Of a DNA stretch of 64,000 nucleotides, positions 24,869 through 37,834 are shown one piece after another (positions within the stretch are counted from its first letter, which is position 1; every line of letters starts with the position of its first letter). Origin of the DNA: an uncultured Candidatus Rokubacteria bacterium (GTDB lineage Bacteria; Methylomirabilota; Methylomirabilia; Rokubacteriales; DASRDR01). Location: contig CAVPSB010000002.1 of the NCBI GenBank assembly GCA_963708025.1, positions 1 to 64,000 on the forward strand. The letters are read 5' to 3'. Below the pieces are notes generated by a model. That model was given only the letters and a program-made list of their open reading frames with translations, was not told the DNA's origin and did not search any database. A program made the position numbers and the translations under genes.

Positions 24869-25465
24869 TCACGGAGTCCGCCAGCGGACCTCGAGCCGGC
24901 GGAGCCCCCAGGCGGTGCCGGCCGCGCCGAGCCCGGCTCCCACGAGGTCCCAGGCGGCCAGCCCGAGACTCCAGTCCAGCCCGGCCGCCAGCAGGCTGCC
25001 GGCGGCCACGGCGGCCGCCGTCCAGCGGAGAAGGCGGAGTCCCGCGACACCGACCGGCCCGCTCCCGCGGACCCACGCCACCCCGACCAGCGCCCCGGCG
25101 GCGTCGACCCCCACGTCCAGTGGCGATCCTGTCCGACTGGGCACGAAGCTCTGGTGCACCTCGTCGGTGACGGCGTACAGGGCGGCGAGCACGATGGCCC
25201 AGACGGCCGCGCGCGGTCGCGGATCCAGGGCGCGCAGCCAGAGGACGGCGAGGATGCCGTACTCGCCCACGTGCCCCAGCTTCCGCACGACCACGTGGAG
25301 CGCGTGCAGGAGCCCGGGGCCGGCCCCGGGCAGGAGGCGGGCGAAGAGGGGGAACAGCAGCGAGCCGGTCTCGTCGGCGCCGAGGACGCCGCCCGACAGG
25401 AGCGCGATCACCGCCATCCAGGCGAGCGGGGGTCCGAAGCGCGCGAGCCGGCCGGATGCGCGCAT
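24869..25465 (-). CDS. VanZ family membrane protein
   Basis: RKLGHVGEYGIL, YAVTDEVHQSFVPSRTGSPLDV. Confidence 0.85.
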   Translation of the reverse strand: MRASGRLARFGPPLAWMAVIALLSGGVLGADETGSLLFPLFARLLPGAGPGLLHALHVVVRKLGHVGEYGILAVLWLRALDPRPRAAVWAIVLAALYAVTDEVHQSFVPSRTGSPLDVGVDAAGALVGVAWVRGSGPVGVAGLRLLRWTAAAVAAGSLLAAGLDWSLGLAAWDLVGAGLGAAGTAWGLRRLEVRWRTP

Positions 25466-25506
25466 GCTGCGCTCATTCAACACTGCGGCGCGCGCGTTGG
25501 CAAACT

Positions 25507-25600
25507 GTTCGGGACCTCCCGCCCACCCGGCCCTTCGACGGCCTTCGGCCTTTGGCTGGGGGGAGGGGGAGCCGGACAACCGATTCAGTCACACGCTCCC
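25507..25600 (+). repeat. Dispersed palindromic repeat family 1, copy A
   Basis: GTTCGGGACCTCCCGCCCACCC...GGGGGAGGGGGAGCCGGA...TCACACGCTC shared with other copies. Confidence 0.8.
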
Positions 25601-25649
25601 AATTGAGTTATCCTGCGCGCACTCGATCCAGTGGGAAGGGGGGCCCGCG

Positions 25650-26720
25650 ATGCAGAGCGTGATCTTCGAGTACATGGCGAAGTACGGCTTCCGGAAGGTG
25701 GTCCTCTGCCACAACGCCGACGTCGGCCTCAAGGCGGTCGTGGCCATCCACTCGACGGACCTCGGTCCCGCCACCGGCGGCCTGCGAATGTGGACGTACG
25801 AGAGCGAAGCGGCCGCGATCATGGACGCCATGCGACTCGGCCGCGGCATGACGTACAAGTACGCGGCGGCCGGTCTGAACCTGGGCGGTGGCAAGGCCGT
25901 CATCATCGGAGACCCGAGGACGCAGAAGACGGAAGCCCTGATCCGAGCCATGGGGCGGTTCATCCAGAGCCTCCACGGCGAGTATCAGACCGGCGAGGAC
26001 GTCGGGACGACGCTGGCCGACATGGAGCTCCTGGCCCAGGAGACCGAGTACGTGGTCACGCTGCCCGAGTACTGCGGCGGCGCGGGCAACATCGGCCCGG
26101 CGACCGCGTTCGGGGTCCAGCAGGCGATGAAGGCCTGCGCGCGGGAGGTCTGGGGCGCGGACAGCCTCCAGGGGCGGAGCGTGGCGCTCCAGGGACTCGG
26201 CGCGGTGGGCTGGCCGGCGCTGGAGGGCCTGGTCAAGGAGGGCGCCGTCCTCACCGTAGCCGACATCGACCCGGCCAGGGTCGAGCGCGCTTGTCGCGAG
26301 TTCGGGGTCAAGGCGGTGTCGGCCGCGGAGATTCATGCCCAGCCGGTGGACGTCTATGGACCCTACGCGCTCGGCGCCGTGATCGACGACCGGACGGTCC
26401 CGGAGCTCCGTTGCCGGATCGTGTGCGGCAGCGCGAACAACCAGCTCGCCGAGGAGCGGCACGGCACACTCCTCCACGAGAAGGGGATCGTCTACGCGCC
26501 CGACTACATCGCCAACGCCGGCGGGACCATCTTCGACACCGACCGGCTCCAGAAGGGCGGCTTCAATCGCGAGCGGGCATGGGCCAACGTCGCGCGCATC
26601 GGGGAGCGCATGACCGAGCTGATCGCCATCTCGAAGCAGGAGCGGATCCCGACCTGGCTCGCGGCCGATCGCCTCGCCGAGCGGCGCCTCGGGATGGCGC
26701 GTCACCTGCGAATGATCTGA
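25650..26720 (+). CDS. Glu/Leu/Phe/Val dehydrogenase (leucine dehydrogenase-like)
   Basis: LGPATGGLRM, GMTYKYA, GGGKAVI, EDVGT, QGLGAVG, GSANNQL, PDYIANAGG. Confidence 0.93.
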   Translation: MQSVIFEYMAKYGFRKVVLCHNADVGLKAVVAIHSTDLGPATGGLRMWTYESEAAAIMDAMRLGRGMTYKYAAAGLNLGGGKAVIIGDPRTQKTEALIRAMGRFIQSLHGEYQTGEDVGTTLADMELLAQETEYVVTLPEYCGGAGNIGPATAFGVQQAMKACAREVWGADSLQGRSVALQGLGAVGWPALEGLVKEGAVLTVADIDPARVERACREFGVKAVSAAEIHAQPVDVYGPYALGAVIDDRTVPELRCRIVCGSANNQLAEERHGTLLHEKGIVYAPDYIANAGGTIFDTDRLQKGGFNRERAWANVARIGERMTELIAISKQERIPTWLAADRLAERRLGMARHLRMI

Positions 26721-26808
26721 GAGCCTGTGAGGGAATGGTCGTCCGGCTCCCCCTCCCCCCGGTGGGTGGGGGGAGGGGGAGTTGGAGGGTGGGCGGGAGG
26801 TCCCGAAC
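26717..26808 (-). repeat. Dispersed palindromic repeat family 1, copy B
   Basis: Reverse complement GTTCGGGACCTCCCGCCCACCC...GGGAGGGGGAGCCGGA...TCACAGGCTCTCAG. Confidence 0.8.
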
Positions 26809-26853
26809 CACAGGGCTCGTCAAACGTTGACATGAAGCGGGCGGGCCACTAAG

Positions 26854-29253
26854 ATGGCGGCCGATATGGCGGAGGAGCGGTCCGCCGACCTCGGCACGCT
26901 GCTCGATCGCCTGGTGACCGAGGCGGGCGAGGCCGTCACGGCCGTCCGGCGCTTCCCACCGCGGCCGGCCGTGCTGCTGTCCATTCCTGATTCCGTCAAC
27001 CCGCGGATCGCCGAGGCGCTGCGGGCCCGCGGGATCGAGGCGCTCTACAGCCACCAGGCGCGGGCCGTCGAGCTCACCGCGAAGGGTGGTCACTCCGTGG
27101 TGGTGACGCCGACCGCCTCGGGCAAGACGCTCTGCTACAATCTGCCGGTCCTCCAGGCGCTCCTGACCGACCCGGCGGCCCGGGCCCTCTACCTCTTCCC
27201 GACCAAGGCGCTGGCCCAGGACCAGCTCGCCGAGCTGGAGGCCCTGGCCCGGGCCCTCCCCGAGCTCCGGATCCACACCTACGACGGCGACACCCCGCAG
27301 GACGCGCGGCGCGCGGTCCGGGCCCGCGCCAACCTCGTCCTCACGAACCCGGACATGCTCCACGCCGGGATTCTCCCGCACCACACGAAGTGGGTGGCGC
27401 TCTTCCAGAACCTCCGCTACGTGGTCATCGACGAGCTGCACACCTACCGGGGCGTCTTCGGCAGCCACCTGGCCAACGTCCTCCGCCGGCTCCAGCGGAT
27501 CTGCCGCCACTACGGCGCGGCCCCCCAGTTCATCTGCGCCTCGGCGACCATCGCCAACCCGCAGGAGCTGGCCGAGCGCCTGATCGGCCAGCCGGTCGGC
27601 CTGGTGACCGAGAACGGCGCCCCGTCGGGCGAGAAGGTCCTGGTCTTCTACAATCCGCCCGTCGTCAACGCCGAGCTGGGCATCCGCCGGCCGTACCTCA
27701 AGGAGGCCGCGCGGCTGGCCACCCCGTTCCTCAAGCGCGGGATCGCGACCATCGTCTTCGCCGGGAGCCGCCTGGCCCAGGAGGTGCTGCTCACCGCGCT
27801 GAAGGCGGCGGTGGAGCGGGCCCCGGCGCTGACCAACGTGATCCGCGGCTACCGGGGCGGCTACCTCCCCGGACGGCGGCGCGACGTGGAGCGCGGGCTG
27901 CGGGAGGGCGAGGTGCGTGGGGTCGTGTCGACCAACGCGCTCGAGCTGGGGATCGACATCGGTCACCTCGACCTCGCGGTGCTGGCCGGCTACCCTGGCA
28001 CCATCGCCTCGAGTTGGCAGCAGGCGGGCCGGGCCGGCCGGCGGAGCGCACTGTCGGCCGCGGTGCTGGTCGCCTCCTCGGCGCCGCTCGACCAGTTCAT
28101 GGTCACCCACCCCGCCTACTTCTTCGGCGCCTCGCCCGAGCACGGCCTCGTCAACCCCGACAACCCCTACATTCTGGTGAGCCATCTCAAGTGCGCCGCC
28201 TTCGAGCTGCCCTTCGTCAACGGCGAGCGCTTCGGCGACCAGGACGTCGCGGAGTATCTGCGCCTCCTCGGTGAGGAGGGGCTGCTCCACCGGGCCGGCG
28301 GCCGGTGGCACTGGACCAGCGAGAGCTACCCGGCCGACCACCTCTCGCTCCGCGCGGTCGGCAGCGACAACTTCGTCGTGATCGACACGACCCACCGGGA
28401 GATGGTCGACCGCCAGCTCGGGAAGAAACGACAGGTCATCGCCGAGGTCAACTGGAGGAGCGCCTTCGGCATGGTCTACCCGAAGGCGATCTACCTGATC
28501 GAGGGCGAGCAGTTCGAAGTCCAGGAGCTGCACTTCCGGGAGGATGAGGAGAAGGTCGCCTACGTCAAGCGCATCGCCGTGGACTACTTCACCGACGCCA
28601 TCACCGCGAAGGGCGTGTGGGCGCTCGACCGCTTCCGCGACGCCCCGGCCGGCGAGGGCCGGCTGGCCCACGGAGAGCTGCTCGTCGCCGAGCAGGTGGT
28701 GGGCTTCAAGAAGATCAAGTTCGACACGATGGAGAACGTGGGCTCGGGCGCGGTCGAGCTGCCCCAGCAGGAGATGCAGACCGCGGGACTCTGGCTCACC
28801 ATCGCCCCGGAGACCCTCGAGGCCGTCTCCCCCGACCGCGACGCCCTGATCGACGGCCTGCGCGGCCTCGCCTATCTGGTCCACCACCTGGCGCCCCTCT
28901 TCCTCATGTGCGACGTGCGGGACCTCGGCTCCTGGCTCGGCGACGCCCCGCCGGAGTTGGGGGTGACGGCGGGGGCGACGCCGCCTGTCCTGACCGCACA
29001 CGGGACCCGACGCCGATTGCTCGATTCCGCGCGGTTCGAGCCGACCGTGTACCTCTACGACAACCAGCCGGGCGGGATCGGGCTGACCGAGCGCCTCTTC
29101 GAGCTGCTCCCTCCGCTCCTGGCCCGGGCCCGCGAGATCCTGGCCGCGTGTCGCTGCCAGGCCGGCTGTCCCTCCTGTGTGGGGCCGGTCAACGAGGTGG
29201 GGCGGCAGGCCCGACCCATCGCGGCCGCCCTCCTGGACCGGCTCCTGGGTTGA
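26854..29253 (+). CDS. DEAD/DEAH-box helicase with DUF1998 (MrfA/YprA/SftH family)
   Basis: TPTASGKT, DELH, SAT, QQAGRAGR, C-terminal C...CRCQAGCPSC. Confidence 0.93.
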   Translation: MAADMAEERSADLGTLLDRLVTEAGEAVTAVRRFPPRPAVLLSIPDSVNPRIAEALRARGIEALYSHQARAVELTAKGGHSVVVTPTASGKTLCYNLPVLQALLTDPAARALYLFPTKALAQDQLAELEALARALPELRIHTYDGDTPQDARRAVRARANLVLTNPDMLHAGILPHHTKWVALFQNLRYVVIDELHTYRGVFGSHLANVLRRLQRICRHYGAAPQFICASATIANPQELAERLIGQPVGLVTENGAPSGEKVLVFYNPPVVNAELGIRRPYLKEAARLATPFLKRGIATIVFAGSRLAQEVLLTALKAAVERAPALTNVIRGYRGGYLPGRRRDVERGLREGEVRGVVSTNALELGIDIGHLDLAVLAGYPGTIASSWQQAGRAGRRSALSAAVLVASSAPLDQFMVTHPAYFFGASPEHGLVNPDNPYILVSHLKCAAFELPFVNGERFGDQDVAEYLRLLGEEGLLHRAGGRWHWTSESYPADHLSLRAVGSDNFVVIDTTHREMVDRQLGKKRQVIAEVNWRSAFGMVYPKAIYLIEGEQFEVQELHFREDEEKVAYVKRIAVDYFTDAITAKGVWALDRFRDAPAGEGRLAHGELLVAEQVVGFKKIKFDTMENVGSGAVELPQQEMQTAGLWLTIAPETLEAVSPDRDALIDGLRGLAYLVHHLAPLFLMCDVRDLGSWLGDAPPELGVTAGATPPVLTAHGTRRRLLDSARFEPTVYLYDNQPGGIGLTERLFELLPPLLARAREILAACRCQAGCPSCVGPVNEVGRQARPIAAALLDRLLG

Positions 29254-29275
29254 CGGGCCGAGGCCTGGCCTCGCG

Positions 29276-30489
29276 GTGATCGTCGGGCTCCGTCCGGGCG
29301 GCCCCGACGCCCGCGCCGGCGCCGACCGGCTCGCCCGGCTCCGCGAGATGCTGCGGCGGCTGGAGGCGGAGCCGCCACGGCGCCGCTTGGCCGCCTCCAC
29401 GCCCGACCTGGGTCTGGAGCGTGTCGAGACGCCCCACGGCCCCGCCTTCCGTCGGGTCGAAGACGTGCCGCTCCCGCCGTTCCTGCTCGAGGCGCTGGCC
29501 CCGCTCGCGGAGGCCGGGACCGAGGGCACGGCGTTCCTGGACACCGAGACGACCGGGCTCGCCGGCGGGACGGGGACCTACGTGTTCCTCGTGGGGCTGG
29601 CGACGTGGACGGGCCATGGTCTCCGGGTCACGCAGTACTTCCTCGGTGATCTCGCGACCGAGGCCGCGTTCCTCGCCGCCGTCGCCGCGGCGGTGGCCGG
29701 GGTCCGGCGACTCGTGACCTTCAACGGGCGGACCTTCGACCTGCCGCTTCTCGAGACGCGCTACCTCCTGGCCCGCGCCCCGTGGTGGGGCGCGGAGATC
29801 GCCCACGACGACCTCTGTCCCATGGCGCGGGCCCTCTGGCGGGGGCGCGTGGCCGACTGCCGGCTGACCACGCTGGAGACCGGCCTCCTCGAGCTCGACC
29901 GCGGCGACGACCTGCCCGGCGCGATGATGCCGCAGCTCTACTTTCGCTACCTCCGCTTCGCCGACCGCCGGCCCCTGCCGCGGATCTTCGCGCACAACCG
30001 CTGGGACCTGGTCGCGCTCGCCGCGCTGGCCGCGCGGGCCGCGGCCCTCCTGGCCGGGCCCGATCCCCGCCACGACCCGGTGGAGTGGCTGGGGGCCGCC
30101 CGCTGGTTCGAGCGTCGCGACCCGGCCCGGAGCGCCGGGTTCTACGAGGCCGCGCTCCGAGCGCCGCTCCCGGCCGGCCTGCGGACGCGCGGAGCCTGGC
30201 GACTCGGGCGGCTCTGGCGCCGCGCGGGGCGAGGCGCGGAGACGCTGGCGCTCTGGCGGGAGGTCCTGCGCGACGATCCGACCCCGCCGCTCGGCCTGCT
30301 CGTCGATGTCGCCAAGCTCCTCGAGCACCACGCGCGCGACCCCGTCGCCGCGCTCGGCATCACGCGGGCCGCGCTCGCCCGCGCGGAGGCCGAGGTCCCG
30401 TTCGAGGTCCGCGCGCTGGTGCTGGAGGCGCTCGCCCACCGCGCCCGGCGCCTGGAGCGCCGCACCGGGCGGAGGGCTGCCCCGCCGAC

Positions 30490-30493
<4 letters not shown>
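29276..30493 (+). CDS. RNase H-like DEDD exonuclease with TPR-like C-terminus (MrfB/YprB family)
   Basis: FLDTETTGLAGGTG, TFNGRTFDLP, HNRWDL; adjacent to DUF1998 helicase. Confidence 0.88.
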
Positions 30494-31540
<1,047 letters not shown>

Positions 31541-31566
31541 GGACCCGGTCGGTCGTGCCCGGCCGC

Positions 31567-32289
31567 TCAGCTCGGCCGGTACACCCAGATCTTGGCGGCG
31601 GCCGCCAGCCCCAGGACGATGCGGGCGCCCCGGCCGGGAGCGGACATCGCGATCGTCCCCGCCCACGGCGCCACCTCGTCGATCCGGAGACGGGTGCCGG
31701 GCTTGACGTCGCTGTTCCACAGGTGCTCGAGCAGCCGGCGGTCCGCCTCCGCCTCCTCGGTGATCCGCTCGACGACGACGGTCGCGCCCTCCGGAGCCTG
31801 ATCGAGCGGGAACGGATGGGTCGGCGCCGGAGCCGGCATTCCCGGGATCGGGTTGCCGTGGGGGCAGGTGCTCGGCATGCCGAGGAGGGTCGCCAGCCGC
31901 TCCTCGACGCGCGGCGAGAGCGCGTGCTCCAGGCGGTGGGCTTCCTCGTGGGCCTCCGTCCAGTTGAGCGCGAGGATGTCGGTGAGCCACCGCTCGAGGA
32001 GCCGATGGCGCCGCGCCATGACCTCGGCCAGCGCCTTGCCTTTCCGCGTCAGCGTGATCGCCTTGCTAGCGTCCAGCCGGAGGTACCCGGCCCGGACCAT
32101 GCGCCGGAGGGCCTCGGTGACCGCCGGGGGCGAGACACGCATGTGCTTGGCGAGGCGGGCGCCGATGACCGTGTGGCCGCTGCCGCCCAGGTCGTAGATC
32201 CCGGCCAGGTAGTCCTGGACGGACGCGCTGCTGTGCTCGGCCGACCGGGCCGCAGTTTTTAGCCTTGACAGAGGTTTCTTATTAGGCAT
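31567..32289 (-). CDS. DtxR/MntR family metal-dependent regulator with FeoA-like domain
   Basis: QDYLAGIY, VSPPAVTEAL, RRHRLLE, HEEAHRLEH, CPHGNPIP. Confidence 0.93.
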   Translation of the reverse strand: MPNKKPLSRLKTAARSAEHSSASVQDYLAGIYDLGGSGHTVIGARLAKHMRVSPPAVTEALRRMVRAGYLRLDASKAITLTRKGKALAEVMARRHRLLERWLTDILALNWTEAHEEAHRLEHALSPRVEERLATLLGMPSTCPHGNPIPGMPAPAPTHPFPLDQAPEGATVVVERITEEAEADRRLLEHLWNSDVKPGTRLRIDEVAPWAGTIAMSAPGRGARIVLGLAAAAKIWVYRPS

Positions 32290-32295
32290 ACTTAA
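32265..32295 (+). promoter_or_regulatory. Sigma70 promoter of the iron ABC operon overlapped by a putative DtxR/MntR-type operator
   Basis: TTGACA-N16-CATACT; imperfect palindrome TTAGGCATACTTAA at 32282-32295. Confidence 0.6.
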
Positions 32296-32398
32296 CGCCG
32301 CGCACGTATCCGGCGCGCTGTCATTGTAGCCTTCCCGGGCGGCGGGCGCAAATCGCCAGTCGGGACGGCGCGATCTCATTCGAACTGGAGGACGGTCC

Positions 32399-33424
32399 AT
32401 GCGGATCCCCGTGGCGTTCGTGGGAGTGGGGCTCACCCTCGCGCTGGCGATGGCGCCGGGCCTGGCGACCGGGCCGGCAACCGCGGCCGAGTCGAGAGAC
32501 GTCGTCGTGTACTCGGCCCGGATCGAGGCGCTCATCAAGCCGATGTTCGACGCCTTCACGGCCAAGACCGGCATCAAGGTCCAGATCTTCAGCGCCGGCG
32601 AAGCCGAGTTGTTCGAGCGCCTCAAGGCGGAGGGCGCCGGCACGCCGGCCGACGTGCTGATGACCGTCTACGTCGGCAACCTCTGGCTTGCCCAGCAGGC
32701 CGGGCTGCTCCAGGGCTTCACCTCTCCTGTGATCGAGAAGAACATTCCCGCCCACCTGCGGGCCAAGGGGAACGACTGGGTCGGCCTGTCGGTGCGCGCC
32801 CGCACCATCGCCTACACCACCGAGCGGGTCAAGCCGGCCGAGCTGTCCACCTATGAGGCGCTCGGGGATCCCAAGTGGCGGGGGCGACTCTGCCTCCGCA
32901 CGTCCAAGAAGGTCTACAACCAGTCGATGGTCGCGACGATGATCAAGACGCTGGGCGAGCCGCGCGCCGAGGAGATCGTGCGGGCATGGATGGCGAACGA
33001 GCCGCGCATCTTCGCGAGCGACACCAAGCTCCTGGAGGGCGTCGCCGCCGGGCAGTGCGACGTCGGGCTCGTCAACACCTACTACCTCGCCCAGCTCAAG
33101 GCGAAGGAGGCCAACTTCCCGGCGGCCCTGTTCTGGCCCAACCAGGCGGACCGGGGCGTGCACGTCAACATCTCGGGGGCGGGGGTGACCCGGCACGCCA
33201 AGCACCGCGACCAGGCCGTCAAGCTGATCGAGTTCCTCAGCTCGACCGAGGTCCAGAACCTCTACGCCGACGTCAACTACGAGTACCCGGCCAACCCGAG
33301 CGTCAAGCCGAGCGCGCTCCTCGCCGCGTGGGGGAGCTTCAAGGCCGACCCCGTCGACGTGGCAGCCGCCGGCGAGTACCAGGCGGCGGCTACGAAGCTG
33401 ATGGATCGCGCGGGATGGAAGTAG
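32399..33424 (+). CDS. Fe3+ ABC transporter substrate-binding protein (FbpA/FutA-like)
   Basis: VYSAR, EGAGTPADV, VYNQS, VNTYY iron ligands, GVHVNISG, NYEYP. Confidence 0.92.
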   Translation: MRIPVAFVGVGLTLALAMAPGLATGPATAAESRDVVVYSARIEALIKPMFDAFTAKTGIKVQIFSAGEAELFERLKAEGAGTPADVLMTVYVGNLWLAQQAGLLQGFTSPVIEKNIPAHLRAKGNDWVGLSVRARTIAYTTERVKPAELSTYEALGDPKWRGRLCLRTSKKVYNQSMVATMIKTLGEPRAEEIVRAWMANEPRIFASDTKLLEGVAAGQCDVGLVNTYYLAQLKAKEANFPAALFWPNQADRGVHVNISGAGVTRHAKHRDQAVKLIEFLSSTEVQNLYADVNYEYPANPSVKPSALLAAWGSFKADPVDVAAAGEYQAAATKLMDRAGWK

Positions 33425-33452
33425 GCCGGACCCCCCGCCCGGTCGCCGCACC

Positions 33453-35099
33453 ATGAGCCGACCGGCGGCGGAGGCCAGCCCTTGGCCGCCCGCCGCCGGT
33501 CTGACCCGTGACCCCTGGCCGCTCGCGGCCGGCGCGGTCGCGCTACTGGTCGCTACGCCGGTGCTCCTCGTGGGCGCGTCCCTGGCGCGCCCGAGCGTGG
33601 ACGTCTGGCGGCATCTGTGGGCGACCCAGCTCCTGGAGCTGATCGGGAACACTCTCGCGCTGATTGCCGGCGTCGGCGTGGGGGCCGCGGTGATGGGGAC
33701 CGGACTCGCCTGGCTCGTGACGATGTACCGGTTCCCGGGCCGCGGCGTCTTCGAGTGGCTCCTCGTCCTGCCCCTCGCGATGCCGGCCTATGTCATCGGG
33801 TTCGTCTTCCTGGCGCTCTTCGACTACACGGGCCCGGTGCAGCGGGCGCTGCGCACCCTCACCGGCGGCCCCGCGCGCTGGTTTCCGGACATCGAGTCCT
33901 ACGGCGGCGTGGTCGTGGTCATGACCCTCGTGCTCTATCCATACGTCTACGTGCTGGCCCGGGTGGCGTTCCTGGAGCAATCGGAGAGCGCGCTGGAGGC
34001 GGCCCGCGCCCTCGGCGTGTCACGCCGCGCGGCGTTCTGGCGGGTGGCGCTTCCGCTGGCGCGTCCGGCCATCGTAGCCGGGGTGATGCTGGCGTTGATG
34101 GAGGCCCTGGCCGACTTCGGCACCGTCGCCATCTTCAATTACTCGACCTTCACCGTAGCGATCTACCGGGTCTGGTTCGGGCTGTTCAATCGTCACGCGG
34201 CGACCGAGCTGGCCACCCTGCTCGTGCTCTTCACGCTGACCCTGTACGGGGCAGAGCGGGCGCTCCGCCGCCGCGCCCGCTTCGATCCCCGAGGGCTCGG
34301 GGCGCGTCCCGTCCCGCGGATGGCGCTGACCGGCTGGCGGGCCGGGGGCGCCACGGGACTCGCCGGTGCCGTCGTCGGGGTGGCCTTCGTTCTCCCGGTC
34401 GTCCGGCTCCTCGCGTGGATCCCGGCCGGGGCCTCCGACGACCGCTATCCCGGGTTCGTCGGCAACACGGTGGCGGTGGCGGCGGTGGCCGCCGCCATCG
34501 TGGTGGTCGCCGCGCTCGTGGTGGCGTACGGGGTGCGCCAGAGCCGGCGGCCAGCCGTTGCGTTCCTGGCCCGGCTGGCCAGCATGGGGTACGCCCTGCC
34601 GGGGTCGGTGGTCGCGGTGGGGGTCCTGGCGCTCCTGGCCTGGCTCGATCAGGTCGTCGGGGGCTTGTTCCTGGTGGGATCGCTGGTTGGCCTCGTCTTC
34701 GCTTACTCGGTTCGGTTCCTGGCCGTCGGCTACCAGTCCGTCGAGGCGAGCCTGGCCCGGATCACACCCAGCATGGACATGGCCGCTCGCTCGCTCGGCG
34801 TCGCGCCCGGCGGTGTGCTGCGCCGGATCCACCTGCCGCTCCTCCGGCGCGGCCTCTTCACCGCCGGACTCCTGGTCTTCGTGGACGTGATGAAGGAGAT
34901 GCCGGCGACCCTGCTCCTCCGCCCGCTCGGCTACGACACCCTGGCCGTCCGGGTGTGGCAGTTCACCTCGGAGTCGTTGTGGGAGGCGGCGGCGCTCCCG
35001 GCCCTGACGATCGTCGCCGCTGGTGTGCTGCCGCTTCTCGTGCTCGTGCGGCAGAGCGCCGGTCCGCGCCGCCGCCCGCCATCCCGGCAGCGCCGTTGA
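33453..35099 (+). CDS. Fe3+ ABC transporter permease (FbpB-like)
   Basis: Two EAA-loop halves, MEALADFG, DVMKEMPATLLLRP. Confidence 0.92.
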   Translation: MSRPAAEASPWPPAAGLTRDPWPLAAGAVALLVATPVLLVGASLARPSVDVWRHLWATQLLELIGNTLALIAGVGVGAAVMGTGLAWLVTMYRFPGRGVFEWLLVLPLAMPAYVIGFVFLALFDYTGPVQRALRTLTGGPARWFPDIESYGGVVVVMTLVLYPYVYVLARVAFLEQSESALEAARALGVSRRAAFWRVALPLARPAIVAGVMLALMEALADFGTVAIFNYSTFTVAIYRVWFGLFNRHAATELATLLVLFTLTLYGAERALRRRARFDPRGLGARPVPRMALTGWRAGGATGLAGAVVGVAFVLPVVRLLAWIPAGASDDRYPGFVGNTVAVAAVAAAIVVVAALVVAYGVRQSRRPAVAFLARLASMGYALPGSVVAVGVLALLAWLDQVVGGLFLVGSLVGLVFAYSVRFLAVGYQSVEASLARITPSMDMAARSLGVAPGGVLRRIHLPLLRRGLFTAGLLVFVDVMKEMPATLLLRPLGYDTLAVRVWQFTSESLWEAAALPALTIVAAGVLPLLVLVRQSAGPRRRPPSRQRR

Positions 35100-35140
35100 G
35101 CGGACGTCGGTGGGTCTGCCGAGCCCCCCGATGCTCTTCA

Positions 35141-35234
35141 GTTCGGGACCGCCCGCCTACCCCCCCAACCCCCCTCCCCCACCCACCGGGGGGGAGGGGG
35201 GAGTCGGAGGACCCATTGCGTCACACGCTCTCAG
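35141..35234 (+). repeat. Dispersed palindromic repeat family 1, copy C
   Basis: GTTCGGGACCGCCCGCCTACCCCCCC...CCCACCGGGGGG...TCACACGCTCTCAG. Confidence 0.8.
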
Positions 35235-35419
35235 CGGGATAGACCCTCGGGGTTGACCGGGTTCGCCGGCCGGGTCCCTTCGACGTCCGGCAGGTGGGCC
35301 GCCAGCTCCGCCTTGCCGAGCCGCCGATCCTCGGGATTGATCCGGACGGTGGCCCGGGCCCGGGCGAGGTCGAGCGCCTCCCGGGGGAGCTGTCGCGAGA
35401 TGAACAGGGTGCCTGGCAT
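35231..35419 (-). pseudogene. N-terminal fragment of a D-2-hydroxyacid dehydrogenase (glyoxylate reductase-like)
   Basis: MPGTLFISRQLPREALDLARARATVRINPEDRRLGKAELAAHLPDVEG, then unrelated residues and a stop at the repeat end. Confidence 0.65.
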
Positions 35420-35562
35420 GAGGGGGCTGCCTCTCTCCGGGGCGGGCCCGTCTGGCGGAGCGGGCGAGCCGTTCCCGGGCCCGTCGCGTTGCGCAACTCG
35501 CGGTCGGTGCAGCAAGACCGGTGCTCCGACCGGCGCCACCCGATACCGTCGCCACTTTGCGG

Positions 35563-35616
35563 TTGACCGATCCCGAGGGCGCGGGTATATTAGCACTCGC
35601 CTCGATTGAGTGCTAA
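35563..35616 (+). promoter_or_regulatory. groESL promoter with CIRCE (HrcA operator)
   Basis: TTGACC-N17-TATATT; perfect TTAGCACTC-N9-GAGTGCTAA at 35590-35616. Confidence 0.95.
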
Positions 35617-35696
35617 CATCACGGTGGGGCCCGGCTCGCATCCGGCCGACAACCTATCATCAAAACCGACAGGCCCGAGAAGGAGGAGGTCACGGC

Positions 35697-36002
35697 ATGG
35701 CAACCGCCACCAAAACCAAGCTTCGTCCGCTCCATGACCGCATTCTCATCAAGCGCGTCGAGGAAGAGGAAGTCCGACGCGGCGGCATCATCATCCCGGA
35801 CACCGCGAAGGAGAAGCCCCAGGAGGGCAAGGTGATCGCGGTCGGCACCGGCAAGGTGACCGAGGACGGCAAGAAGATCCCGCTCGACGTCAAGGCGGGC
35901 GATCGGATCCTGTTCGGGAAGTATTCCGGCAGCGAGGTCAAGATCGACGACGAGGAGTACCTCATCCTGCGGGAAGAGGACGTCCTCGGCATCCTCGACT
36001 GA
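35697..36002 (+). CDS. groES: Co-chaperonin GroES
   Basis: [27 protein letters not shown]. Confidence 0.98.
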   Translation: MATATKTKLRPLHDRILIKRVEEEEVRRGGIIIPDTAKEKPQEGKVIAVGTGKVTEDGKKIPLDVKAGDRILFGKYSGSEVKIDDEEYLILREEDVLGILD

Positions 36003-36037
36003 TTCCACCCCCCAGTCACCGATAAGGAGAGACGTGC

Positions 36038-37660
<1,623 letters not shown>

Positions 37661-37677
37661 GTCTTTCCCGAGGCCGT

Positions 37678-37721
37678 GGGGACGGCCCCCGCAGTGCGAG
37701 CTGCGGGGGCCGTCCCGCTTT
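37678..37721 (+). terminator. Probable intrinsic terminator of groESL
   Basis: 16-bp stem GGGACGGCCCCCGCAG/CTGCGGGGGCCGTCCC with short T tail. Confidence 0.75.
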
Positions 37722-37834
37722 CCGGGGATTTGCGGCTTGCGCGCCGTCCGAGGTCGCTGCTATGCTAAAGCGCTTTGCCGATGGCCGCGGCTGGTCCTCC
37801 GGGATCGCCGGGGTCCGAGAGGAGGTGAGGAGCT

